Part shown: positions 28,227 through 38,482 of the stretch, piece after piece
How positions within the stretch are numbered: the first letter of the stretch is position 1
Layout of the letters: every line of letters begins with the position of its first letter
From: an uncultured virus (IMG/VR IMGVR_UViG_3300011242_000004)
Taxonomy: Duplodnaviria; Heunggongvirae; Uroviricota; Caudoviricetes
Strand: one strand, 5' to 3'
DNA: 64,000 bases
IMG/VR virus record: IMGVR_UViG_3300011242_000004
The notes under the pieces: model-generated
What the model was told of the DNA's origin: nothing
What the model saw: the letters and a program-made list of their open reading frames with translations, nothing else
The model's database searches: none
Position numbers and translations under genes: made by a program

Positions 28227-29810
28227 TTAAAACGAATCAATAGTTGCCAATGCGATGTCGACATCGATATGGCGTGTTTCAAACTGAGGAAGCACTTTCA
28301 ACTTAACGACAGCAGAACCAAGGTCACGACCCGGAACTACTGAGAAACGAGCGTCACGGATGACACGCATGTTCACAGCCATTTCAAGGCGTCCTTTGAT
28401 TGCCGCATACATTGCGTTGTATTGTGGCATCTCGTTTGGCTCTCCGATGAATGGTTCACAGACATCACGCACTTCTTGAGCGATGTAGTTTGTGATACGC
28501 ATTGTCGAGAGACGTGTGTAGTCTGAATCGACCAATTTGTTTCCGATAAGAATTTTTGGAGCCGAAGTGATACCGTCCGTGACGATGACTTGACCATTCT
28601 TAACGAAGAACGTGACGATGCGGTGGCCAGTGAGGGCATTACGCTGACTTGCACCATATTGGTAACGAAGACCAACTGCACCCGGAATAACTTTGTTTGT
28701 AGGCGCTGATTGTGGCGCAAGACCCATGACGAGACCAGCATAAGCTGTTGCACCGTTCATGTAATGCGTGAGTCCACCCGGAAGCTGGATGCCGACTTCT
28801 TGTCCGACAATTTGAAGGAATCCAGAGAATTTCGTGTTCAGTCCTAACAGTTTATTCGCGTGTGTACGTACTGAAGTAAGTGTCGATTGACCAACGAGTG
28901 CTGGTGTACCGATGTAAGCAACTGTTGCGTTGTTACCAAGTGATTGGTATTCTGCATAACCTGCAAGAAGTTTTGCGAATTGACCAACGATAACTTCACC
29001 CGCAACGTTTTCTTCTTTAACAGAGTCTGTTGCAACTGGAAGTTTCAACGCTGTTGCAAGTGCTGTTGATGCTTTGATAGCAAATTTCGTTTTACCGACA
29101 AGCACAAGACGTCCTTCAGAAACGACAGCTTTCAATCCAGTAACTGCTGTATTGAGTTGTGTAGTAAGAGCATCAGCAAGAGCTTGCAAGTCCTTGCCTT
29201 CTGTCCCGTCATACGTCTTAGCAGTCAATGTGATGACTTTGTCGACAGAACCTGTAGATTTGTCAACGATTGTGAGCGTATCGTTTGTACCAGTTGTGAT
29301 TGCAAGTGGAAGTGCTGGGACTTCTGTACCTTTCAACAACTCACCATATTTTGCAACACCCGGTACTGATGGGAATGCTTCTTTATCTTCTGGGTCTTGG
29401 AAGTCAGCGGCTGTAACTTCAGCTTCGTCATCTACGAAGAAACCAGAGAGCACAACGTGTTCTGTTTCAAAGTCGATAAGGATGCCGAAGAGGTTGTTGT
29501 ACAATTCGATGAACGCTTCTTTTTTCGTCGATGCTTTGATAGCAAGAACGAAAATTTCACGTGCGCCCGATTGTTGAGCCAAACGCCACTCTGCCGCAAC
29601 TGGGTTGACTTCTCCATTGACGAATGTGCCACCAAAGCCGTAGAGAGCAAGTTCAGATTCTTGTTGAATCAAAACTGGTTCTTCTGGAGCGTTTGCCGTT
29701 TTCGCTGGCGCGATGATAAGCAAACGTGGTCCGTTTTGTCCTTGTGAGACAACAAGTCCACCATCAGCGAGTTTGACGTCAACGCCGGGAAGGTTTGGAT
29801 ACTTTGACAT
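28227..29810 (-). CDS. Tail sheath protein
   Basis: N-terminal LPGVDV; C-terminal RLSTMRI..IAQEVR..FIGEPN..VKLKVLP..IDV typical of contractile sheaths. Confidence 0.85.
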   Translation of the reverse strand: MSKYPNLPGVDVKLADGGLVVSQGQNGPRLLIIAPAKTANAPEEPVLIQQESELALYGFGGTFVNGEVNPVAAEWRLAQQSGAREIFVLAIKASTKKEAFIELYNNLFGILIDFETEHVVLSGFFVDDEAEVTAADFQDPEDKEAFPSVPGVAKYGELLKGTEVPALPLAITTGTNDTLTIVDKSTGSVDKVITLTAKTYDGTEGKDLQALADALTTQLNTAVTGLKAVVSEGRLVLVGKTKFAIKASTALATALKLPVATDSVKEENVAGEVIVGQFAKLLAGYAEYQSLGNNATVAYIGTPALVGQSTLTSVRTHANKLLGLNTKFSGFLQIVGQEVGIQLPGGLTHYMNGATAYAGLVMGLAPQSAPTNKVIPGAVGLRYQYGASQRNALTGHRIVTFFVKNGQVIVTDGITSAPKILIGNKLVDSDYTRLSTMRITNYIAQEVRDVCEPFIGEPNEMPQYNAMYAAIKGRLEMAVNMRVIRDARFSVVPGRDLGSAVVKLKVLPQFETRHIDVDIALATIDSF

Positions 29811-29850
29811 TATGATTCCTCCTTGATTTTTAAGGGGTGGCTAGAGCGCA

Positions 29851-30414
29851 TCATTCTTCTTCCTCTAGGGATTGAATAATCCGTTTTATCTCTGCACGTG
29901 GGATTTCTGTTAATTCTTCTAGTTGCACTAAATAGAAGTGACTTCTAGAAACAGAGACATCCCGTAGGTTTTGTTCCTTCTTTTTCATGTTCAGAAAGAG
30001 AACGGTTTTGACACCACTCTGCATGAAGTAACCCGTATAAGTTTTCATGAAATCGCGGAAACGCTTATGTAGCTCCATGAGTTTCTTATTGTTTTCTTCA
30101 AATAACTGAAATTCAATCACGTAATCGAGTGTTTGTCCGAAAGTCTCAATGATTTCGTTGCTATTCTCATCTTTTTGATAACTCCGATGACGAGGCTTGA
30201 TTTCTCGAACGTTCTTACCGACTAAGCCGGGTTCAATCGATTCAATGGAGTATGTGATGATAGGGTAGACTACATTCTCAGCGTTTGTCGTCGTCGGAAA
30301 CTCTTCGGTGAAGCTTCCCCACTCATCGCCCCATGTCAACGATAGTAACCGGTGCATCAAGCTTGTAAATTCATCAAAATCAAGGGCGCCATTCGACCTT
30401 AAACGTCCATCCAT
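29851..30414 (-). CDS. Tail terminator/completion-like protein
   Basis: Position upstream of the sheath; YPIITY..EFQLF pattern. Confidence 0.45.
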   Translation of the reverse strand: MDGRLRSNGALDFDEFTSLMHRLLSLTWGDEWGSFTEEFPTTTNAENVVYPIITYSIESIEPGLVGKNVREIKPRHRSYQKDENSNEIIETFGQTLDYVIEFQLFEENNKKLMELHKRFRDFMKTYTGYFMQSGVKTVLFLNMKKKEQNLRDVSVSRSHFYLVQLEELTEIPRAEIKRIIQSLEEEE

Positions 30415-31961
30415 CTAAAGACCTCCTTCTCTTCATACCGAACGTCTTGCTCAAGGGCAACCGATTCAGTAGACCCATAAGGCACAAGATTGACCTGCAC
30501 ATGCATGCGGGCAAGTTCGGGCCGTGTCACCAACAACTCATAACTCTTCAATAAACCCATTTTGATATAGGTATCGAATTGGTCGCGCAACAGGGTTTCA
30601 GAGGCGGTGACGTCCATTGTGCTTGATTCTCCAACATATTGGTCTAACTGTCTCTCGACATCTCGTCCAATTTGGTAAGCGAGTCGAATCAAATGGGGTT
30701 TAGCCTTGTACGTGTTTACTTCATATGTATAGAAACTTTGACTTCTTTTGGACACAACATTCCTACGGATAGAAGGTACAGTACATATATAACCATTAGA
30801 TTCAAGTCCTACAAGCTCTTTTTTCTGGAAGTTATAAAGAAATTCTCCAATTCCTTTAATTTCTTTATTTGTGAAGCTTTTTCCGACTGGATTTTGGACA
30901 TAATTGGCGGCATATGCGGGTGCAATCGATTTTGGACCTTGTACCGTCAGATGATGTCCGACGATGACGTGTACAAATACTCCGGCTTCTCCAATTTGTG
31001 TATAGGCAGGAGATGCCAGTTTATCCAAGAAATCATGTCGTGCTTTCCATGGTTCATAGACATAGAGGTTTCCATCTTCATCAAAACGGTTGCCTTCTTC
31101 GTCGATACCATAATCCATCTCTTCGGTCTTATCAGGAACTTGGCTTGTGCCGATAACACCCAGCGTCATGATTTTCGTTTCTTCTGTTTTACTCTCGCAA
31201 TACTCTGCTAACGCTTTTGTCAGTAAAGGATGTTCGTCATGATGAACACCAACAATAGCGATAGCTTCTGCTGGAACACTGAACAATTCTCCAGCGATGA
31301 CAGGAGAATTTTCATTCAAGGTTTCATCTAATGCACTTGCTTCTAGGAACCGTTGATAGAACGATTCAGCAAAAGTCTCAACATCCGTTTCCTCTGTCCG
31401 TACTAACTCTTCTTCTCCTGAGGCCATGTAGAACGGATACGCCACTTCTTGGAACTGACAAGTGTTTAGGATGCGTTGATTGAGCAATACCGCTTCTACT
31501 TCTGATAAACCGAAATCGGCATCCCGATTCATGGCGACGACAAGCTCCCGTGTGTTCTCGTAATCATCAAAACGATAACTTCGTTGCAAGACTTCTTCAT
31601 GTTCCATGTAGACGACAAGACCTTGTTCGTTGACCATGATGGTAATATCTTGGTCGGCTTCGCTGGCTCCGATGCTTTGGATACGAATCAGTGGTGTGTT
31701 GTCTAAACTATTAACGAGTGTCATTTCGCCTTTGATTCCATTTAGACGGAATAAAAGAATGTCGGCGGCAGTCAGTCCACTTCGTAAAGCCGTCACATAT
31801 TGGTCAGCGAGTTCACAGTCTCCTAAGACTTCATACGGGTCTTGGTCTTCTCGAAGATAGAAGCCTTCATGGGAGATGCCATCATAGCTTGTTCCAACGA
31901 GTACGATTTTTCCTTGCGGTTCAATTTCTTGAACGAACCGGCGACCTTGGCTATATTTCAT
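30399..31961 (-). CDS. Second, divergent tail sheath-like protein
   Basis: KIVLVGTSYDG at the N-terminus and RLAYQI..V...LDQYVGE..VQVNLVPY at the C-terminus parallel the 28227-29810 sheath. Confidence 0.6.
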   Translation of the reverse strand: MKYSQGRRFVQEIEPQGKIVLVGTSYDGISHEGFYLREDQDPYEVLGDCELADQYVTALRSGLTAADILLFRLNGIKGEMTLVNSLDNTPLIRIQSIGASEADQDITIMVNEQGLVVYMEHEEVLQRSYRFDDYENTRELVVAMNRDADFGLSEVEAVLLNQRILNTCQFQEVAYPFYMASGEEELVRTEETDVETFAESFYQRFLEASALDETLNENSPVIAGELFSVPAEAIAIVGVHHDEHPLLTKALAEYCESKTEETKIMTLGVIGTSQVPDKTEEMDYGIDEEGNRFDEDGNLYVYEPWKARHDFLDKLASPAYTQIGEAGVFVHVIVGHHLTVQGPKSIAPAYAANYVQNPVGKSFTNKEIKGIGEFLYNFQKKELVGLESNGYICTVPSIRRNVVSKRSQSFYTYEVNTYKAKPHLIRLAYQIGRDVERQLDQYVGESSTMDVTASETLLRDQFDTYIKMGLLKSYELLVTRPELARMHVQVNLVPYGSTESVALEQDVRYEEKEVFRWMDV

Positions 31962-32488
31962 TCTGGCTTCTCTCCCATCAATTCATAACTCATAACATTT
32001 CCGACTTGTCGGATATGGAATCCCCGAATGTTCTTTTCAACGGGTTCTGCTTTAACGAACACTTTCTTATAAACAAGTTCGCCTTTCGTAAAGCGAGCAG
32101 GGTCAATATGAGATACTTCCCAAATAAATCCTTCTTTGAGGACAGGAATGTTTCCGACCCAACCGACATCCATGATTAAATCATCTTCATCGACACGTGC
32201 CTCTGGAGCGAAATAGTAGGCTCGTGCGGGCACCGACATCATCCCGAAGTTCTCACCTTGCTGAATCATCGGCATCGTCTCAGGGACCGTGCTATCGACT
32301 TCATAGACTGTATGCTTTTCAACAAGCGGGACGTACTTGAGTCCGAAGCAATATGGACATTCCCGGTCGGCGGTTTGTGTCTTTTCGTCGTAGCAACTGC
32401 ACACGACTTGCTTTTGTTGGCGAACCAAGAGTACGGGATGTCCGTACTCTCTGAGAATCGCCTTGAATTCGTCTTTTAATGGTTTCAT
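31958..32488 (-). CDS. Head closure/neck protein with Zn-ribbon insert
   Basis: CSC..CPYC motif; position between head and tail genes. Confidence 0.5.
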   Translation of the reverse strand: MKPLKDEFKAILREYGHPVLLVRQQKQVVCSCYDEKTQTADRECPYCFGLKYVPLVEKHTVYEVDSTVPETMPMIQQGENFGMMSVPARAYYFAPEARVDEDDLIMDVGWVGNIPVLKEGFIWEVSHIDPARFTKGELVYKKVFVKAEPVEKNIRGFHIRQVGNVMSYELMGEKPE

Positions 32489-32492
32489 CTAA

Positions 32493-34094
32493 TCAGCTCC
32501 CTAACTCTGGATACTCTGTTCGACCATCGAAGAAGTCTGGGTAAGGATTTCCTTCTTCGCTGTAAACGGCAGTACCCATGGATGCATACCCACGAGCTGT
32601 ACGACCATGCATGAGGTCTTCCCATGGCTTGATTTTGCCTTTGAGCTCATTGATAAGCGATTGAAGGACGAATGATTGGCGCCCTGTCTCTGCTACACTC
32701 AAATCGCCTAATCGAATGTTTTTATCCGTTCCAATAGATAATTCGACCATCGTCGTGAGTCCGACATCATAGGCTGTCTTGTATTTGACGTACTCATGCA
32801 TATAGAACGGCGCCGCTCCATCTAAGAATAGATTGGCGTCAAAGTTCTTCAATAACGATGCCATCTGATAAGCAGACTTGGAATTTGCAACAATCAATTT
32901 CGCTAACGTCTTATCATCAATGAACTGTCCGAAATACCGAAGTTCTGTTTTGACTTCATCAACGGTTACATAATAATAAGTAAAAGCTGATTGGAATGTA
33001 CTACGGAATTCTTTTTCGAGTGTCTTTGCTTGTCCATCGATGACAACGACCGTACCTTCGACATTCATGGTTTCTGGTGCAGATGCTTTCGTTTGCGCAC
33101 TTTGTTTGACAATCAATTGATATGTCTTATCTTTTTGAAGCGGAAGCGTCGGAATGAATGTCAGCACACGAGATTCTGTCAATCCCGCTTCGACTTCTTG
33201 TACGGTCCCAGCGACGACTGATGACCCTAAACTCATGAAGCTAGATGTTTCCGTTCCATCAAGTTCTTCGACCCGGAACCATTCATCGTATTTCGTTAAG
33301 TCAAGCGCTTCAGAGAATAAGACCCCAATCTTGTCAGGAGTAATATGGAAAGCGCCATCCTTTGGATATGTTTCCATGACTTGCAGATGTAAGTTCAAAG
33401 ACGGTGTAGAGACGCCTCCTGAGCCTTCTGAGGAGCCTCCGTCTTCAACAGGAGTCGTAGGAGCTTCCTCTACAACCGCTGTCACAGAACGCCATTCTGA
33501 AAGCAGGGTGCCTTTTTTAGAACGGGCATGAACATAATACGTACCGGGTTCTAATTTCTTTGGAATATCGACACTTAAACTACTCGTTTCGTATGTATTG
33601 TTATCAGGCCAAATCCCTGCATTGTCCGGTAGATTCGAATGCGACAATTTGACTTGATATTGATAACTGCCCATAGCATCAATCGTATCCCAAGAAGCTG
33701 ATACCATTTGATTGTTGACTGTTGCTTTTAAGTTTGTCAGTGGCAAAGCAATGTCTTCTTCTTTTGTATAGAAGCTATATGACTTGTTAGATGGCAAGTA
33801 TTCATCAAGAACAGATAAAATCCCGGTAGTGCCTCCGACAATTTCCATTTGATATTGCGTCGAAGGTTCTAACGGGGCATCAGGTCGGACATATGCTTTT
33901 TTATTAACGTTATCGTAGGTGATGGTTGTTGTGACCAAGCTTCCATTCACCTTGCGTAGTTTTAATGTCGAAGCATTCAAGGTAGACGCCACCATGTTCT
34001 TTTGGAATGAGATAGTGAGGGTGACGGTTAACGCCACACCCATCTCATTCGATGCCGGAGTCATTCCAAGAACTAAATAACTATTTGTTGGCAT
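32493..34094 (-). CDS. Ig-like (Big_5/FN3) domain head-tail adaptor-like virion protein
   Basis: P...ISFQKNM..STL..PLEPSTQY (Big_5-like) twice, FN3-like PGTYYVHARS; C-terminal adaptor-like IRLGDLSV. Confidence 0.55.
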   Translation of the reverse strand: MPTNSYLVLGMTPASNEMGVALTVTLTISFQKNMVASTLNASTLKLRKVNGSLVTTTITYDNVNKKAYVRPDAPLEPSTQYQMEIVGGTTGILSVLDEYLPSNKSYSFYTKEEDIALPLTNLKATVNNQMVSASWDTIDAMGSYQYQVKLSHSNLPDNAGIWPDNNTYETSSLSVDIPKKLEPGTYYVHARSKKGTLLSEWRSVTAVVEEAPTTPVEDGGSSEGSGGVSTPSLNLHLQVMETYPKDGAFHITPDKIGVLFSEALDLTKYDEWFRVEELDGTETSSFMSLGSSVVAGTVQEVEAGLTESRVLTFIPTLPLQKDKTYQLIVKQSAQTKASAPETMNVEGTVVVIDGQAKTLEKEFRSTFQSAFTYYYVTVDEVKTELRYFGQFIDDKTLAKLIVANSKSAYQMASLLKNFDANLFLDGAAPFYMHEYVKYKTAYDVGLTTMVELSIGTDKNIRLGDLSVAETGRQSFVLQSLINELKGKIKPWEDLMHGRTARGYASMGTAVYSEEGNPYPDFFDGRTEYPELGS

Positions 34095-34104
34095 CGCTTA
34101 CACC

Positions 34105-34557
34105 TCACTTCAATTTCTTCAGTAATGCACTCTTAGAGATGTTGCTTTTGTACTCGATACCTAATGCGTCTGCTTTTTTCTTGAGTTCAGCAACAGTAAG
34201 GTCTTCTAAGTTTTCTTCTTTTTGAATCTCTTCTAGCTCTAATGCTTCTACTTCTTTTTCTTCATGAGCTTGAATCTCTTCTTTTGTTTCAGCCAATGCT
34301 TCTTCTACTGTTTCAGGAATCAATTTTTCTTGCTTCAATGGTTGCTCTTTGATTTCAACGACATCTTCCATCTCGCCCTCGACAAGCACAAGAATGTTTT
34401 TGCGAATCAAGCTTTTGATACCAGACAAGTCAGCTTCTCTGTTAATCCGGTAAATTGTTGGATAAATATCATATTGCTCGAATGTGACACCTGTTTTTTC
34501 TTCGTGTAATGGGTCTCCCTTAAAGAATGGAGAGACAATAACGTCGATATATTTCAT
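34105..34557 (-). CDS. Small protein with C-terminal HeH/Rho-N-like domain
   Basis: LTVAELKKKADALGIEYKSNISKSALL; such genes often follow the major capsid gene. Confidence 0.6.
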   Translation of the reverse strand: MKYIDVIVSPFFKGDPLHEEKTGVTFEQYDIYPTIYRINREADLSGIKSLIRKNILVLVEGEMEDVVEIKEQPLKQEKLIPETVEEALAETKEEIQAHEEKEVEALELEEIQKEENLEDLTVAELKKKADALGIEYKSNISKSALLKKLK

Positions 34558-34582
34558 GTGTGGTTCCTCCTAGGAATTTAAG

Positions 34583-34617
34583 TAATAAAATAAGGGACCC
34601 CCATAAGAAGGGTCCCT
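34583..34617 (-). terminator. Intrinsic terminator after the capsid gene
   Basis: AGGGACCC...GGGTCCCT hairpin followed by TATTTTATT. Confidence 0.65.
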
Positions 34618-34631
34618 ATAGGGTCTATCAA

Positions 34632-35726
34632 TTAGATTTCGTCGTGTTTCTTAGCTTCCGCACCTTGCATGTCGCTAGGAAGCTCCATGTCTTTGAATGT
34701 GCGGTCTGGAGCTGGCCATGTTTTCTTGAAGGCAATGTTCTTCGCAACAGCGAGACCTTTACCACCGTTCAAGATACCAACGCCGTAGCGTTCTTTGACT
34801 TTCAATGACTGGATGTCACGGAGTGGGTCATCAAACTGCTCTGTAGAGATTGCATCTTTCACAAGAAGAACACCGATGTTGTTACGGTCAACGATATAGA
34901 AATCGAAGAGACGTTCTGCTTGTTTGAAAGGTACGAATGGTGAGAAGATGATATTCAAACCAAGTGCGTTGTTTGCAGTGAATGCACGTGGGTCACGTCC
35001 AGCTTGGCCTTGACCGAAAGCGGCAACTGATGCACCGAGGAGCGCTTCGTTTTTAGCGAAGAGAGCCCAGCAAAGTGGGTGCATGATAATGTCAGTTGGC
35101 GTGAAACCTTCAGACATGATTGATACTGCCATTTCGACGAGGTCGTCTGCTGAGAGTGTACCGTTGTATTCGCCGTCGAAACCGCGACCTGTTGGGTAAC
35201 CTTCATCGCCTTTAGAGTATTCGTTACCGTCGAATACAACGTGACCGTGAGTAGAGAACTCATGGAAGATGACTTCTTCTTTTTTACGAGCCATAGCGCG
35301 ACCAGCGGCTTCAAGGTGAAGACCGATAACATCCCACTGTGAGTCAGAAATCATTTCGTCTGTGATTTGGACTTTCAAACCGTACTTACGTACGCGAACG
35401 TCCAGACCGCCGACGCCTTCTTTAGTTAAGTTGAGCGTTTGGTTTGGGTACTCTTGACCTTCGCCAATTTCAAACGCACGGATAGCGCCGAAGTGGATGA
35501 ACTCCATTGAGCGTCCTTCAGTCAATTGGACTTGTTTGAAGAACTGTGAAGCGAGATAAAGTGGCTCAGCCGCTTCTGTGATTACTGTAGAAATAACTTT
35601 TGGTAAAAGGATGTTAGCATCTGCTGTTGTGAGCGCCTCAGTGACGTCAACACGGTTCTCCTTTGTTTTACCAAATTTCATCATGCTTGAGAATTTTTCT
35701 ACAAGCGCAAGTTGATTTTCGTTCAT
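34632..35726 (-). CDS. Major capsid protein (HK97-like)
   Basis: EIGEGQEYP, KYGLKVQITDEMISDSQWD, GRAMARKKE, ERYGVGIL; strong codon bias. Confidence 0.85.
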   Translation of the reverse strand: MNENQLALVEKFSSMMKFGKTKENRVDVTEALTTADANILLPKVISTVITEAAEPLYLASQFFKQVQLTEGRSMEFIHFGAIRAFEIGEGQEYPNQTLNLTKEGVGGLDVRVRKYGLKVQITDEMISDSQWDVIGLHLEAAGRAMARKKEEVIFHEFSTHGHVVFDGNEYSKGDEGYPTGRGFDGEYNGTLSADDLVEMAVSIMSEGFTPTDIIMHPLCWALFAKNEALLGASVAAFGQGQAGRDPRAFTANNALGLNIIFSPFVPFKQAERLFDFYIVDRNNIGVLLVKDAISTEQFDDPLRDIQSLKVKERYGVGILNGGKGLAVAKNIAFKKTWPAPDRTFKDMELPSDMQGAEAKKHDEI

Positions 35727-35775
35727 TATGTAGGTCCTCCCTAATATGGTGTTAACATTATGTGTTTAAATAAGT

Positions 35776-35810
35776 AAAAAGGAGGGAGTGAGCGTCGTAC
35801 CCACTCCCCT
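35776..35810 (-). terminator. Intrinsic terminator
   Basis: GGGAGTGGG...CTCACTCCC hairpin followed by TCCTTTTT. Confidence 0.6.
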
Positions 35811-35815
35811 AGGCA

Positions 35816-37051
35816 TTAACCTAAAAGTTGGATACGAACTGCTCCGACCGAACCAGCGTAGTCCCACTCAGTAGGAACTCCAGCAACTGGGTCAACGATA
35901 GCTTTTACATCAAGTGTAAGAGCTGTAACTGTTACTGCTTCGTCAAGGTAGACGATAACAGTGTTGTTTTGGATGTCGATGTGAAGGTCGTTTTGTGCAA
36001 CAACTGTTCCATCAACTTTAGCGACAACATGACCAGCTTCAGTGTGGTCGATTTTGTGACGGAGTTTAATGAAGACTGCTCCACCTTTTTCACCGACTGT
36101 AACTGCACCAGTAGCTTTGTCGAACTCAACGTCGCCAGAAACACGAACTGCTTCGACAGCGCCGTCGTTGTTAGCTGTAGCATCATAGATGTCTTTGATG
36201 TCTACGCCAGTAAGGACTTTCTTCGCACGGAAGAATCCGTCAGTGAGGAAAGGAATCCCTTTATCGTTAGCTTGCGCCAATTGTTTTTCAAATTCTGGTT
36301 TCCAAGATTTGATGTCGTAAGGGTAACCCATTGGGTATCCGCCTTCGCCCGGTGTAGGAGCGTTCGACATTGCTTTAATCATTTCTTCGAGTTGCGGGTT
36401 ACGCATTTCAACGAAGTACTGAAGGAATCCAGCTGGTGGCAAGTCACGTTCTACTGCAAGAACTTGACCGATAACAGCGAATGGAGAATCAGGAGTATCG
36501 CCATCGATAACTGCTTTGACGAAGTTACCGTTCTTACCGACTTTAACACGGTCACCCGGTTTCAAGTCTTTAGCTGTACCATAAGCCGCACCGAAATGCA
36601 TTGCTTTAGCGAAGCCTTCTGCTGTTGCAAGTGTTGTGTGTTCGAAGAGTGGAACTTCGATGTAGTCACGACGGATGACAACTGGAAGGTTACCTTCCAT
36701 GCGGTCACGGCGTTGTTGATAAACGTTGTGGTGGATAACACCGATAGCGTTCATAGAACCTTCATCAGCAACACGAATTGCTGTATATTTGTGACCTGTT
36801 TCACGGTCAAGTTGAGCTTCTGTAGCTTCAACAATCTTACCTTTAGCGATAAGAACTGTCTGGTTGCCTTCTGGACCGAAGACATAAGTGAATTCTGGTG
36901 CGATGACTGAACCATCCGCGTGTTTACGTACGTTGTTGTCTTTAGCGACGATGAATCGCTCCGCTGGTGCATTACCTTCCGAAACTACTAGGTTAGTATG
37001 CGTTTTTCCACCGAAAGTGTATGTGTCGTTTACGTTAGGAAACAAACCCAT
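35816..37051 (-). CDS. Abundant head structural/decoration protein
   Basis: Between scaffold and MCP; strong codon bias; LKPGDRVKVGKNGNFV beta-tulip-like motif. Confidence 0.55.
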   Translation of the reverse strand: MGLFPNVNDTYTFGGKTHTNLVVSEGNAPAERFIVAKDNNVRKHADGSVIAPEFTYVFGPEGNQTVLIAKGKIVEATEAQLDRETGHKYTAIRVADEGSMNAIGVIHHNVYQQRRDRMEGNLPVVIRRDYIEVPLFEHTTLATAEGFAKAMHFGAAYGTAKDLKPGDRVKVGKNGNFVKAVIDGDTPDSPFAVIGQVLAVERDLPPAGFLQYFVEMRNPQLEEMIKAMSNAPTPGEGGYPMGYPYDIKSWKPEFEKQLAQANDKGIPFLTDGFFRAKKVLTGVDIKDIYDATANNDGAVEAVRVSGDVEFDKATGAVTVGEKGGAVFIKLRHKIDHTEAGHVVAKVDGTVVAQNDLHIDIQNNTVIVYLDEAVTVTALTLDVKAIVDPVAGVPTEWDYAGSVGAVRIQLLG

Positions 37052-37069
37052 TCTGATTTCCTCCTCAGA

Positions 37070-38482
37070 TTAATTAGAACGTTTCGTTGAGAAGAGACCT
37101 TTAAGTGCATCTTCGAACGAAAGTTCTTTTTCTTTAGTATTTTCTTGCGTAGATTGTTGCCCTTGTTGAATTGGCTGGCGAAGAGTGTTCGCACCTTCTA
37201 AAACTTGCTCACGTTTCACTAATTCTTCTTTCATATCTTCAATACCGTCTTTGACAGAGTTCAATTCTCGCGTAGCGAGCTTTTGTACTGATTCTTCATA
37301 TGTAGTGTCTTTGCCAGCGGCGATACGAAGAGATGCTAAATGATTGATATGTGATTCTTGAACTTCTTTAGTAAGGTCCGCTGTAACTTGTTCTGTCTGA
37401 GCTAAAGCTTCGTTTGCTTCCGTTAGAGCCGCTGTGAGAGTTTCTTTCTCCTCTGTCAGAGCAACCAACGCTTCTTCTTTTTCAGTCAAAGTTGCTTTCA
37501 CTGTTTCCAGTTCTTCTGTAAGAACAGTAGTAGAGTTAACTAACTCTTCCTTCTCTGTTAAAACCTTTTCATGAGACTCTGTCAACGCAGTTTTTTCATT
37601 TTCTAGCGTTTCTGCCAATTCTTTTGAAGTTTCGAGCTCTGCTTGCGCTTTTTCGAGTTCTTCTTTGACAGCTTTAAGAGCTTCAAGCTCTTCTTGTAAT
37701 GCTTGGATTTCAGCTTCCGTCATTGCAAGTTCTCCTTCCATGATAATGATGTCATCTTTCGATTCTCTCGTGATGCCCACCAGTTGTTGTTTTGAGACGC
37801 TTTCACGTCCTAATGTAATGATGCCGTTCTTGCTTTCATTCGACGCCGCCAGTAAAACACTCGATTGAGAGTCTACAATCATGGCATCGCTATCAGCTGG
37901 AACGTTTACCCATGATAATTCATCGAACCAAAGGTTTTCTGTAATCCATTCCGCCATTCGACCGTCATAGACTTCACCTTTCATGTGTCCACAGAAACCT
38001 TCTGAGATGATGCGTGTTCCACAGATGGAACAAGTGACTTCATCTGTTGTTGCCCCAATCGAAACTGTCAATAATCGTTCCCCTAAGATGCCATCAATGG
38101 CTTGTGGGTCTGTGATTTTAGGAACAGCAATGATGCCGGGACGACCAGCTTGTGTGTACTCTGCAAACGCCGCCGTATAAATACGACCCGTTGCATTAGT
38201 GTTGACGTCATGATTGTAGATGACTGGTTTTGGATACGGGTGCAACCATGAATAAACACCGGATTTGTTCTCCATTGACCCACGTAATTTCTCACGTTGG
38301 TACACAGTGTTGTTCCGTGTTGCTCCCTCATGAATCGCTTCAATCCGTGGAAGCAAGAATCGCTCTTCATTGAGCGACTCCTGCATACGAACACTAGGTT
38401 TTTCAAAAGTCATTTTGACTTTCGTTGATTCATGTAATTCTTTTGGGTCGATTTGGAGCTTGCCATACTTTAAATGATTCAT
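37070..38482 (-). CDS. Prohead protease fused to a coiled-coil scaffold
   Basis: PVIYNHD...GRI...LTVSIG...CSIC..CGH..ELSWVNVPAD, then an E/K-rich coiled coil; start at ATG 38482 overlapping the portal stop. Confidence 0.8.
   Translation of the reverse strand: MNHLKYGKLQIDPKELHESTKVKMTFEKPSVRMQESLNEERFLLPRIEAIHEGATRNNTVYQREKLRGSMENKSGVYSWLHPYPKPVIYNHDVNTNATGRIYTAAFAEYTQAGRPGIIAVPKITDPQAIDGILGERLLTVSIGATTDEVTCSICGTRIISEGFCGHMKGEVYDGRMAEWITENLWFDELSWVNVPADSDAMIVDSQSSVLLAASNESKNGIITLGRESVSKQQLVGITRESKDDIIIMEGELAMTEAEIQALQEELEALKAVKEELEKAQAELETSKELAETLENEKTALTESHEKVLTEKEELVNSTTVLTEELETVKATLTEKEEALVALTEEKETLTAALTEANEALAQTEQVTADLTKEVQESHINHLASLRIAAGKDTTYEESVQKLATRELNSVKDGIEDMKEELVKREQVLEGANTLRQPIQQGQQSTQENTKEKELSFEDALKGLFSTKRSN

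Noticed and set aside
26223..31961. eCIS/tailocin instead of a phage
   Set aside because: Terminase, portal, protease and major capsid genes are present in the same operon.
35828..36910. 360-aa plus-strand ORF
   Set aside because: Antisense shadow of a strongly codon-biased structural gene; no RBS and implausible composition. The same applies to the many short antisense ORFs over 1-50 kb.
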